Source: Macrostomum hystrix (taxonomy: Eukaryota > Animalia > Platyhelminthes). Taken from it: DNA of 64,000 nt. Where the stretch lies: positions 1,116,001-1,180,000 of the forward strand of contig CATNEN010000024.1 in the NCBI GenBank assembly GCA_950097015.1. The letters are read 5' to 3'. This document shows positions 24,041 to 36,400 of this stretch, in pieces. The translations under genes and the position numbers were made by a program. Each line of letters opens with the position of its first letter. The stretch's first letter is position 1. Under the pieces are notes generated by a model that had not been told where the DNA came from, searched no databases, and saw only the letters and a program-made list of their open reading frames with translations.

Positions 24041-24777
24041 ATCAATACTATTTTGTCTTCGTTGAGATTAACGCTTGTGATCGGATACGCAACTTACTTT
24101 TACAATCTGGACTTAATTTTACGTACGCTAGTGAGGTCTCAAGTATGTAATCATTTGAAATTTACGAAATAATTTTTGTTCAATACTTTGTTTTTTATAA
24201 AGTTTTGCTTTATATTTTCTCAAGAGCAGAAACAAAAAGTGCAAGTACCTTGGCTGTGCAAAGAAGGGTACAAAAACAAAGGAGCTTGCTTAGATTTTGT
24301 ACAGGAACGAGCCGATATACTTAATTAGTTAAGATAAAAAATAGCTGTTCGATCGTTTCTAATAAGTGCACGATAGCGTAGCTATTATAGATACTTACTA
24401 TTGAAGAATTATAAAACTATTGAATAGCATTTTAACACGGCAAGGAAGCGAAAAAAGACAGTAACGTAATTGCGCAGGTATGAAGGCTAAAATAGAGAAA
24501 GCTAACCGATGCTTTAGAATAAGGAAAATGCAAGTTAAAAAGGGTACGTATTCGCATTACAAATAATTCTATTTAGACTGTTACTTTATAAAGTCACATT
24601 TTACTGTATTTGAAAGCATTTGTGAACTATGTAACAGTGTGAAAGTGCATTTTACAGCTGTGATGACCAATTGTTATGAGCTACATGTAATTATCACGCT
24701 TCTGGTTTGCTTTCGATCGCTCACTGCATACTTAAAGTGACTTGGAATATTTGTTTCATAATTGTCGTGTCTTCTGC

Positions 24778-26646
24778 CTAAGCCTTGACAATAGCCGGTG
24801 TAGCTGCAGCACTGGCATTGCCAACGGCGGCCGCAGCCACCGCAGTTGCAGCTACGGCACCCGCGGCAGCAGCCACGGTAGCCGCTGCGGCGACAGCTGC
24901 TGCAGCGACGTCGGCAACGCTTGCCGGAGAGGCGGCGGGCTTGGCGCAGGCTTCGAAGAGGCCGCAGCTGCCTCGACCGTGCAGCAGACCAATGATAATG
25001 ACAGTCATATTGTCCTTGCCGGTGCGGCCGTAGTGACGATCCGGAGCCAGGCAGTGGTCCAGTAGATCCTCGGCGATCTGCGGTTTTTTCAACGAACAAA
25101 TATTCCAAATAGTGCCATACTTATGTAAAGTCAGGCCGTTGATATTTGTCTAGCTTCTATAACTACGTTTCTTAGAAACCGCTTAGAAGGTTGATTTTCG
25201 CCGAAACATTCGCGTTAAGTTTTTTTTGTGATAACAGATTTCCAATTCTTTTTTCTGTACACGTCCTCCCCATACCTCAAAAATGCATCAAGCTTCTAAA
25301 AAAGCAAAACCAAAAGAAAAAAACCTTTGCTTTCACTATTCTCTGACTTGTGATCAAGTTAATTTAATAGTGCATTTAGTGTATATTACGGCAAAAGTCA
25401 GCTTTCCTAAGAAACGCAGTTTCCCGTCCTTCTATTCCTAGTGGTCCTTGTTTTTAATGCAGTGGTCACTGCAGTTTCACTAAATTTGAATCGGCACCTT
25501 ACCGCATCGGGATTAATTCCACGAGCCAGACGCAAGCGCACGAAGCTAACGACTTCCTGGTTAGACATGACCTCCCAGACACCGTCGCTGGCCATAACAA
25601 TGAACTCCGACGACTCTGTGACCTGGTGGACGCTGACATCCGGGTCGGCTGCAACGACACATTGCGGAGTTAAACTTTATTGTGTCAAATTATTAGGTGA
25701 GAAAAACCAAAAAAGGTTATGATAAAAACTTGCATGAACATTTTTGTAGGGCAAACTGCACCGCCCAATAAATTAAGCGCCAAAGTTCGCCGGAACTAGA
25801 AGAATTGAGGCGAGAAAGACGAATTTGGTTCCGCCTATTTCTAAGCTTTGACTGATTCAGTATGCAACGAACGTGTCTTACATTTTTAGCTGTCCTTAAA
25901 TTTTTGCTACACTTTCTACTCTTTCTACTACTAGTAGACCTGTGAAAACTAACACTGTCCACTTTAACAGGAGATGATGGATCGGATAAGTCAGGCTCCT
26001 CACCGGTGACCATTTGCTTGCTGGCCAGCCGTTTGCCGCTGCGTTTGAATGAGAAGTCGCCAAGCGCCCGACTGATTGCCAGCCGGCCGTTGACTCGGCC
26101 GCCTACAACGCGACCTCCGGCGGCTAGGATGCGCGCTCGCTCGGTGGCCGAGTTAGGCCGGTGGTCCCGGCTGAGCTGCACCGGACGACCGGCGATGCTC
26201 AACACGGCACGGCTGTCACCGACGCTGGCGCAGTGAATTGTCGCATCGTCAACTAGTAAGGCCAGGGCGGTGGAGCCGGCGCCACCGTCGGCGCGTCGAA
26301 CCTGCAACTCCCGGTCAACGTCCAAAAATGCGGTACGTATCGCTTCGACACTTCCATTGGACGCGGCAGACAAGGCCGCCAAACGTCTGTGCAAGTGCTC
26401 AGCCGCATACCTGGCCACCTTGGCGCCGCCGTGACCGTCGAAGATGCCAGCGTAGGTGACGGGCTCTGACACCAATGCCGAAGCGGTCGCTGACTGTGGC
26501 GGAGGTGACAGGCGGGTATGGACGACGTGCGCGTCCTCCATGCGCGGTCTCCAGCCTTGCATAGCGGAGGCGCCAATTAGCAGGTTGGCGGTGCGTTTCA
26601 ACGACGTGTCCTTTGTTTTAATCGGCTCAGAGAGTGACTGTCCCAT
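24778..26646 (-). CDS. Protein phosphatase 2C (PPM family, ppm-2/Ptc2-Ptc3-like), 362 aa
   Basis: Exons 26646-26004, 25648-25503, 25077-24778 (1089 nt). Motifs MGQSLSEP, MQGWRPRMEDAH, FDGHGG, SVGDSRAV, LAISRALGDF, VTADPDV, ASDGVWE, GKDNMT; Ala-rich tail. Confidence 0.93.
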
Positions 26647-28169
26647 TGTTTGTCGGAGTGGTCTACAGTTTGGGGGCTGGTGCTGCAGACTGGTTCAGAG
26701 GCTGGGCTTAGCAAATTGATGGAATGGTCGGCGGTCCCTGAAGCGTGGACTGTAGTCGCTTTTTATGTTGAGTAGGGTTGGCGCTTGCTGTGTTGAGGAG
26801 AAAAATGCGAGAGGAAAGAAAAAGAAAGCTTGAGGAGACGAGAATGCTGGGGTTGCTGACAGGCGCACAGCAGGGAGAATACTGGATGACTGGTTGGGAA
26901 TTTTCCAGATATAAGCAGAGCGCCATTAAAGCCCTCTCTCCGAGAAACTTTCCACGCGACCGCCCACCCCCACTCCGTTCGCACTGTATGCACCCAACCC
27001 CTCCGCCGGGGCTTTTCCATTTGCGCGATGAGAAATTCCACCCAAGGCCAAACAATTCAAAACCGTACCGACTGTCTGTTTTTAGCAAAAAATCTTAGAT
27101 TTTTTTCTATTTTGTTCGGAGACTATATCAGTCCTTAGAATAAAAAATTTCGGTACCTTCTATTCATTTTACTAATAATGAATTTTACTGTTTGCTTGTG
27201 GGTAATGGTGCATTCTCCTGTCTATTTACATTCACCGTGCAATGAGTCACCCAGCTGCATTGCAGTACGGTTGGTGTACAATTTTGGAATGGTAAAGACG
27301 CGTACGTAATCGAAGTCGTCCATCTGTGTAAATTCGAATGCACTTTTGCAGCATAAAGTTATAAATATTTTTGCGAATATCTACAACGAACATGCTCTTG
27401 AATTGGGATCGAATTTGGGAGCAAATGTCTCTGCATGACTGTCATTAAAAGTAGTTGAAGAAGTAGTTTACTATTTATACACTTATATGCAATGGCCTCT
27501 TGTTTTTATTATATTAAAACATTTGTAAGAAAAGTATCAGCTAAATCATGTAAATATAATTTACATGAACATGTAGATAAAAAATGTACAGACATAAGCA
27601 ACTGTAAGAAGTGCCATTCTAAAACAATATATTGATTGCACTGTCGTATGTCAGCCAAGGTCTTAAATCACATACCAACAGAGCTGCAAGGCATGTGACT
27701 TATCTTATGTAAGCTACAGTTAATACTTATATGTACGCTCGTATGTGCACCTAAGTTCCAAGGCTAACATTTCGACCATTTAATGCGTAAATTACAGCAT
27801 AATCTTTAACAATTATCAACAACACTACATTTTTAGCTGCATCGATCGCTGATGCCTATTCTACAGTGATATAAATGCAGACAACTGCACCTGCATTATC
27901 AATTTCAGAGAAACGCCACGAGAAGTACTAAAATTTTCAAATTCAAATAGTTTTTATGAAGCTTTATAAAACACGAAAAAATCGTCACCAAAAATGAAAA
28001 TATGATTGTTACGGTCCGGAGAATCAAGCCAGGTAAAACATTTTTTGCGTGTCTGGAGATTACACATATCGAGGTGAATCTCTTTAGTTAAAGTTGTCAA
28101 TTTTTAGTACACTTTTCTGCGCTTTGATCCCTTAACAGATGAAAGTTAATAATAATAACTTAGTACACC

Positions 28170-28415
28170 TGCCCCCAAAATTGGGTCAGATATGTGCGAA
28201 GCCGAGAGCACAGCCGTATCTGATCGAGGCTGCGTAATGGCTGTTTAGTCCATGGACTGCCTGATGCTGGTACCCATTACATTTACCCATTAGCTGGGTG
28301 GAAAATCAATGCAGAGTATAAAAGTGTCTTGCTGAGGACAAATGATTTCAGTGCAGGAGACGGGAATCCAACCCCCGATCTTTAAGTCGTGAATCCTGCT
28401 CAACTGTGTTAGAAT
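28170..28415 (-). mobile_element. tRNA-derived SINE family A, copy 1
   Basis: On the minus strand: GATCGGGGGTTGGATTCCC (B-box-like), central CAGCAAGACACTTTTATACTCTGCATTG, 3' GCTGTGCTCTCGGCTTCGCACATATCTGACCCAA. These segments are shared with the copies at 34102 and 36727. Confidence 0.7.
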
Positions 28416-30189
28416 AAAATTGTGCACCCTAGTACGAGTACTTATAATTGCTTTGCAATCCTAATTCTTATGCAATGTGCATAATGTTCTAAGATTTTTT
28501 TTATTCCTGCATTGATATATCTTAGGTCCTTCAAGAACTTATAGCTATTTGTTAGCTATTCGTTATATAGCTTTTCGTATGCATGTAGGTTGCTATGCTC
28601 GGTGATGTGCGCTTATTGTCTTGTTACCATAGACTGCTGTTATTGCCCACAAATGTTACAGTCCTCAAAGGTCTAGTGAGACTAAGGGCACGCCCGTAAA
28701 TTTGTTAGCGCTAAATACATGGTGAGCTGTGCTCGGCGTTATAGGGCTCAGCTTGTGTCAAGTGCACTACAAACTCACGTCTGATTGAATCTCAGTGGTT
28801 GCTGTTGAGACCCTAAAACCTGTGATAACGAGCTTTAAAAAACATGTTAAAACTCATAACAAAATAAGTATTATGAATTGTCTTTTGTTTATATGCTAAC
28901 TGCATTTTCCTTCTTATTTAGGCGCGAATTTGACTTAACTATATTTACGAGTATAAAAATACTAATTTCATGATAGGCCTAATGTTATTGTTATATTAAA
29001 TGTCATCGTCAGCAAAAAGGCTTAGCTCTTAGTGCGGAATGTCTAGTCCAATTTGTTTGTAGTTTAGCAAGTTATAAAATAAAAGAACAGTGAAACAGTG
29101 AATATTCATTGCGCATTTTATTTTCATTAAGAAAAAAAATCTGGCCGTTTTCCTCGTTTGTTGAATTATTTTTCGTTTATAAAAGATACGTCGCAACAAG
29201 CGAAACAAGAATATTGCCAATAATCTTTATATATATAAATATCAGTAAAGTTAGTATATACTAGTACTTAATAAAGATAGGTCCACTAAATCTAGTAGTA
29301 GTATAAAGGTTGGGAGACTAGGGCTGCACATATTTTTGCACCATTGTTATTTAGCCTAGACTCATAGTACAAACATATTTAAACACTTTTTTTTTCTTTG
29401 ATTGGGTAAGCAAGCTAGTTAGGCCTACTAGCTGTGATAAAAAGTTTGGAATTTAACTTTATTTGCTTGTTTGCCAAAACTGTTTGCATCAAATCTTCTT
29501 AATTGCTTTATTAGCTCAGTGTAGGAACTTGTCCCTATTAATTACTTTATTGAGTCAATGCCAATAGGCTGTAAATTTAGCTACTTGGCATTGGCATTTA
29601 GCTACTTTAACTAAAAGTTATATTGTTATAACTAGCCTCTATATTGTATGCGCAACACACGGCCAAACCGGCGGGTGAAACAAGGGCCAAGCAAGGTAAG
29701 TTGCAAAAACCAATCAACCAAGCACAAAAAAATCAAAGGGGGGACCAAGCGACAAAAAGGGAAGGCGTGAAGAAAAAGAAAAAGGGGAGAGAAAAAGAGA
29801 GCAAACTAAGTCGTAAATTGAGCAATGAAACGAACTAAGTCACAATTGAGAGCAAACTAAGTTGTAAATAGAGCAAAAACTAAGTTGCACGGCTGGCTAA
29901 GATTTGGGAGGTTGCGCATGTATGAGCCTCTAGGATTGATATATTTTAATATTTAAGTAAATCCTAGATGTAGCTATATGGTTGCTGTATTAAATCAATA
30001 GTTTTAAATGCTTTGTGAAAATATTACTAGGGCCTAGTAACTAAAATATTTCCATTGTATATAGGTACTTCTTATAAATTAATTTATAGCCCCAAGAAGA
30101 AGAATCATTTAAGTGATTGAAATAAAATACTATGCTTATATTTTCTTGATATCTCCTCAATAAATCATGCTACCCTTTTGATATATCAT

Positions 30190-33110
30190 GCTCTCCCTCA
30201 ATGATTCATGTTTTCCTCTTGATAATTCATTTAACCCCTGAGCAATTTATGATCCCCTCAATAATTTATACCTTGATAATTCATTTTACCCCCTAGATTG
30301 ATGAATCATTCTACCCCTCACTTGAAAAATCATTTTACTCCCTTGCTTAATTATGCTAACTGCTCAATAATTTAGCTAACCCCTTAATAAATTATGCTTA
30401 ACCCTCAATAATTCATTCTATGCTGTCAATTATTCATGCTTGCCATTGATTATTCATGTTCCCTCATTCTTGCTTTCCCCTAGATAATTTTATGCTATCC
30501 CCTCACTAATTCATGTTTCCCCTTGATAAATCACATTTTCCCCAGATAATTCATGTTAACCCCATGATAATTCAAGCTTCCCCATTGGTAATTTATGCTT
30601 TGCCTTGATAATTCATACTCCCCCCTCATTAATTCATGCCCCCACATTAATTCATGCCCCCTTATTAATTCATGCCCCCCTCATTAATTCATGCCCCCCT
30701 CATTAATTCATGCCCCCCTCATAAATTCATGCCCCCCTCATTAATTCATGCCCCCCTCATTAACTCATGCTCCCCTCATTAATTCATGCTCCCCTCTTTA
30801 ATTCATGCTCGCCTCATTAATTCATGCTTCCCTCATGACAATTCATGCCCCCTCATTAATTCATGCTTCCCCCATGATAATTCATGCTCCCCTCATTAAT
30901 TCATGCCACCCTCATTAATTCATGCCCCCCTCATTAATTTATGCTCCCCTCATTAATTCATGCTCCCCTCATTAATTCATGCTTCCCCCATGATAATTCA
31001 TGCTCCCCTCATTAATTCATGCTCCCCTCATTAATTCATGCCCCCTCATTAATTTATGCTCCCCTCATTAATTCATGCTTCCCCCATGAATTCATGCTCC
31101 CCTCATTAATTCATGCTCCCCTCATTAATTCATGCTCCCTTATTAATTCATGCTCCCCTCATTAATTCATGCTCCCCTTATTAATTCATGCTCCCCTCAT
31201 TAATTCATGCTTCCCCCATGATAACTCATGCTCCCCTCATTAATTCATGCTTCCCCCATGATAATTCATGCTCCCCTCATTAATTCATGCTTCCCCCATG
31301 ATAATTCATGCTCCCCTCATTAATTCATGCTCCCCCCATGAGAATTCATGCTCCCCCCATGATAATTCATGCTCCCCTCATTAATTCATGCTTCCCCCAT
31401 GATAATTCATGCTCCCCTCATTAATTCATGCTCCCCTCATTAATTCATGCTTCCCCCATGATAATTCATGCTCCCCTCATTAATTCATGCTCCCCTCATT
31501 AATTCATGCTTCCCCCATGATAATTCATGCTACCCTCATTAATTCATGCTCCCCCCATGATAATTCATGCTCCCCTCATTAATTCATGCTCCCCTCATTA
31601 ATTCATGCTTCCCCCATGATAATTCATGCTCCCCTCATTAATTCATGCTCCCCTCATTAATTCATGCTCCCCCATGATAATTCATGCTCCCCTCATTAAT
31701 TCATGCTCCCTCATTAATTCATGCTCCCCTCATTAATTCATGCTCCCCTTATTAATTTATGCTTCCCCCATGATAATTCATGCTCCCCTCATTAATTCAT
31801 GCTTCCCCCATGATAATTCATGCTCCCCTCATTAATTCATGCTCCCCTCATTAATTCATGCTCCCCTCATTAACTCATGCTCCCCCAATGATAATTCATG
31901 CTCCCCTCATTAATTCATGCTTCCCTCATTAATTCATGCTCCCCCCATGATAATTCATGCTTCCCTCATTAATTCATGCTCCCCCATGATAATTCATGCT
32001 CCCCTCATTAATTCGTGCTCCCCCCATGAGAATTCATGCTCCCCCCATGATAATTCATGCTTCCCTCATTAATTCATGCTCCCCCATGATAATTCATGCT
32101 CCCCTCATTAATTCATGCTACCCTCATTAATTCATGCTCCCCCATGATAATTCATGCTCCCCTCATTAATTCATGCTCCCCTCATTAATTCATGCTTCCC
32201 CCATGATAATTCATGCTCCCCTCATTAATTCATGCTCCCCTCATTAATTCATGCTCCCCCATGATAATTCATGCTCCCCTCATTAATTCATGCTCCCCTC
32301 ATTAATTCATGCTCCCTCATTAATTCATGCTCCCCTCATTAATTCATGCTCCCCTTATTAATTCATGCTTCCCCCATGATAATTCATGCTCCCCTCATTA
32401 ATTCATGCTCCCCTCATTAATTCATGCTCCCCTCATTAATTCATGCTCCCCTCATTAATTCATGCTTCCCTCATTAATTCATGCTCCCCCATGATAATTC
32501 ATGCTCCCCTCATTAATTCATGCTCCCCCCATGAGAATTCATGCTCCCCCCATGATAATTCATGCTCCCCTCATTAATTCATGCTCCCCCCATGATAATT
32601 CATGCTCCCCTCATTAATTCATGCTCCCCCCATGATAATTCATGCTTCCCCCATGATAATTCATGCTCCCCTCATTAATTCATGCTTCCCCCATGATAAT
32701 TCATGCTACCCTCATTAATTCATGCTCCCCCCATGATAATTCATGCTCCCCTCATTAATTCATGCTCCCCCCATGATAATTCATGCTACCCTCATTAATT
32801 CATGCTCCCCCCATGATAATTCATGCTACCCTCATTAATTCATGCTCCCCCCATGATAATTCATGCTCCCCCCATGATAATTCATGCTCCCTCATTAATT
32901 CATGCTCCCCTCATTAATTTATGCTTCCCCCATTATAATTCTCATCAATGATTTAGACTTAAACATAAATAATTAATACTATATTTTTGCAACTCACTTG
33001 ATTATTCATGCTTCCCTCTTGATAACTCATGCTTTTCCTCAATAGTTAATGCTTAAAACCTTAATATTTATAACACCCTTGATAATTCATGATTAACATA
33101 GATAATTCAT
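30190..33110. repeat. 19/21-bp AT-rich minisatellite with homogeneous core (about 30625-32930) and degenerate flanks
   Basis: Units TTAATTCATGCTCCCCTCA and GATAATTCATGCTTCCCCCAT. Confidence 0.96.
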
Positions 33111-33446
33111 GCCTAATTACGCTTAGGATAGCAATGGGGATATTAGTACAAGAACATAAGCCCCTAAATTATCCTAGTTTTTACTTGAATTTGAAAAGTA
33201 AAAAAAGATATTTTTGGAGGAATTATAAAAGCTCAAATTTTACAACTATGTTATTGTTAAGTTCAAATTTTATATTTTTACTTGAGTTTTATTCCAATTT
33301 ATAAGAATACAACTTTTTTCAAGTCTAGTATTATATTCTAACTACTTGAATATTTTGTGTGATGCAATTATTATAACAGCCTGTAAAAATGCAAACCCGT
33401 AGCATATCTAGCCAAACAAGGCGGAGCTAAGCCATCATAAGACATA

Positions 33447-36400
33447 ATGCCTCTGTTGCTGCCGCTGCTGCTGCTGCCCTTGCTGCAGCCCCTAGCAACG
33501 CGAACAAGTGTAGCTGAGGCCAGTAAGCAGAACACTTGGGCGGTGGAGTTAATTCGTCCATCGGAGGCTCGCAATGTTGCAGCCCTGCACAACTGTCGGC
33601 TAGTTAATCTGCTGAATCTTATGGACAGCCACTTCGCCGTGATGCGTTGCGACAATCAATTTAGCGACGAAAAGCGAACTAGGCGAATTCGTAGGCACGC
33701 CAGCGTGCTGTGGGTTGAACAGCAGGTGGCCAAAGTGCGAGTTAAACGATCCGCCATTCCGGCTGCGCCTTTGAGCTTCAACGATCCGGCCTACTCGCAG
33801 CAGTGGTATCTAAAATCCGGCGCCTCCGGCGGTCACGATCTTGGCGTCTCCGCCGTCTGGCATCAGGGTATCAGCGGCCGCGGCACCGTTGTCTCCATTC
33901 TGGACGACGGTATCGAGCATACGCATCCGGATTTGAAGGAAAATTACGATCCGCTAGCTAGTACAGACCTCAATGGCGGTGACAGTGATCCTATGCCTAG
34001 GCCTACATTTAACAATGAGAATAAGTGAGCGCATTCTGCCATTTTTTACTGTTACGTCATAGGCAAATACAGTGATGAGATATGAGAGGCTTTTTGCCAC
34101 AGGGAGTTGTAGCCAAGTGGTTAGGGCATTCGATATTGACTTGATCGGGGGTTCCATTCCCGACTACTAGTACAATTTGTGTCCTTACACAGAGTTAGCA
34201 AGACAATTAACTCTTGAAAGCTGGGACAATTTGTGCCCTTTAGCAAGACACTTAACTCTGCATTGCTTCAGTTCACACAGCCGTTAAATTGGGTACCAGC
34301 ATTAGCTGGGGTAATTGAAGGTGTGTGTGGCAGCCCCTCCCCAGTCCATAGACTGGAGCCGTACGCCGTATGTCTAATGATTTATAGTCTAATAAAAATC
34401 TATAACGAAAAGTTTGTAACAGAAAATAACGAAAAAATAAACAATATCCCAAAAATTACGATTGTCAATACGAGTGCAATTGTGCTTTGTACCTGGTGCC
34501 TGCACTCATAGACTGTATCAACCAACAGTACCCGAATTTCTCAACTCTGCGAATAGTGTTTTCAAAAAGGATTAGAAGAATATATGCACAAGTACTGTAA
34601 CAATTATTTAGGTCAATAATTGCCTGTCGAGCGGTGAAACACTGTCTGTTTGGGTCGAAGAAAGCGGAAATTAGTTTTTCTCTATAGCTAAATTATTAGA
34701 AAACGGGTTTCAACATTTTTCCTGTTACTTCTGCCTAGTCACGCACTAATATTTAGTCGAAAATAGCATTCTTTTGTCTTGCATCCGGGCCCAGGTATGT
34801 GAGCTGTGAGCCTAACCAGTCTGACAGTAAGTTAATGTCAAAAGGTATACACGAGATTGCCAATTAGTCTCTAGATAGATAGAGTAGACAACTAGCTCGG
34901 CTTGATGGCTGATATATGAACCCACGACCGCTCCCAGAATCTTTAAGTCAAGCACTATCCACAAGTGATATTGGTACTTGCATCTAATCCAGAATTCTTT
35001 TTTCACTAAGCCACCAACCTCTTACTTAACCGTTGCCAGGCACGGCACCAGATGCGCCGGCGAAGTGGCCGCCAAAGCAAATAACAATGTCTGCTCTGTG
35101 GGCATTGCGTTCAACGCGAAAATTGGAGGTAAGATTCAACCTGACCTACCATGTGGATTGACTTCCTGTGACTTGACTTTCTGTGACTTGACTTTCTGTG
35201 ACTTGACTTTCTGTGGGTTGACTTTCTGTGGATTTACTTTCTGTGGGTTGACTTTCTGTGGGTTGACTTTCTGTGGATTTACTTTCTGTGGGTTGACTTT
35301 CTGTGGGTTGACTTTCTGTGGATTGACTTTCTGTGGGTTGACTTTCTGTGGGTTGACTTTCTGTGGATTGACTTTCTGTGGGTTGACTTTCTGTGGATTG
35401 ACTTTCTGTGGATTGACTTCCTATGACTTGACTTTCTGTGGATTGACTTTCTGTGGGTTGACTTTCTGTGGGTTGACTTTCTGTGAATTGACCTCCTGTG
35501 GGTTGACTTCCTGCAGATTGACCTGTGGCCACTGCAGGAGGTGAGACTTTGAAGTATCTGTACCCACTGCAGGAGGTGAGACTGAAGTATCTGTACCCAC
35601 TGCAGGAGGTGAGACTGAAGTATCTGTACCCACTGCAGGAGGTGAGACTGAAGTATCTGTACCCACTGCAGGAGGTGAGACTGAAGTATCTGTACCCACT
35701 GCAGGAGGTGAGACTGAAGTATCTGTACCCACTGCAGGAGGTGAGACTGAAGTATCTGTACCCACTGCAGGAGGTGAGACTGAAGTATCTGTACCCACTG
35801 CAGGAGGTGAGACTGAAGTATCTGTACCCACTGCAGTAGGTGAGACTGAAGTATCTGTACCCACTGCAGGAGGTGAGACTGAAGTATCTGTACCCACTGC
35901 AGGAGGTGAGACTGAAGTATCTGTACCCACTGCAGGAGGTGAGACTGAAGTATCTGTACCCACTGCAGGAGGTGAGACTTAAAAGCTTATTTCCCCAGGA
36001 ATTTCTTGAAGGAAAACTGTACACTGTTCGGGGCAAGTAATCGGCAGATAATTCAAGTCTCATTTTACGTAAGCTTGCCTTCAATCATAAAACAACACCT
36101 GCTCAGGTGTCCGCATGCTTGACGGCCCCATCACCGACCATGTGGAGGCATCGTCACTGCATCACAATCAGCAGCATGTGGACATCTACTCGGCCTCCTG
36201 GGGTCCGGACGACGACGGTCGCACCGTTGACGGTCCAGGCCGACTGGCAAAGGCCGCATTTGAAGACGGCGTTACTAAGGTAACGAACTTTAAGAAGTTA
36301 AAAAATATTAATAGTCGGAACCTCTTACCATTGGATTACAAGCTCTTCTCATTGCGTGGGGGTCGGGGGCAGAGCGGTTAACGCGTTTGTGCCTCTCGCG

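Noticed and set aside
26708-27098. Overlapping ORFs upstream of PP2C
   Set aside because: No recognisable domain or splice chain; more likely the GC-box-containing promoter and 5'UTR.
34978-36084. Long repetitive ORFs ([31 protein letters not shown] repeats)
   Set aside because: By-products of 15- and 33-bp units (multiples of 3) inside a convertase intron whose flanking exons join perfectly.
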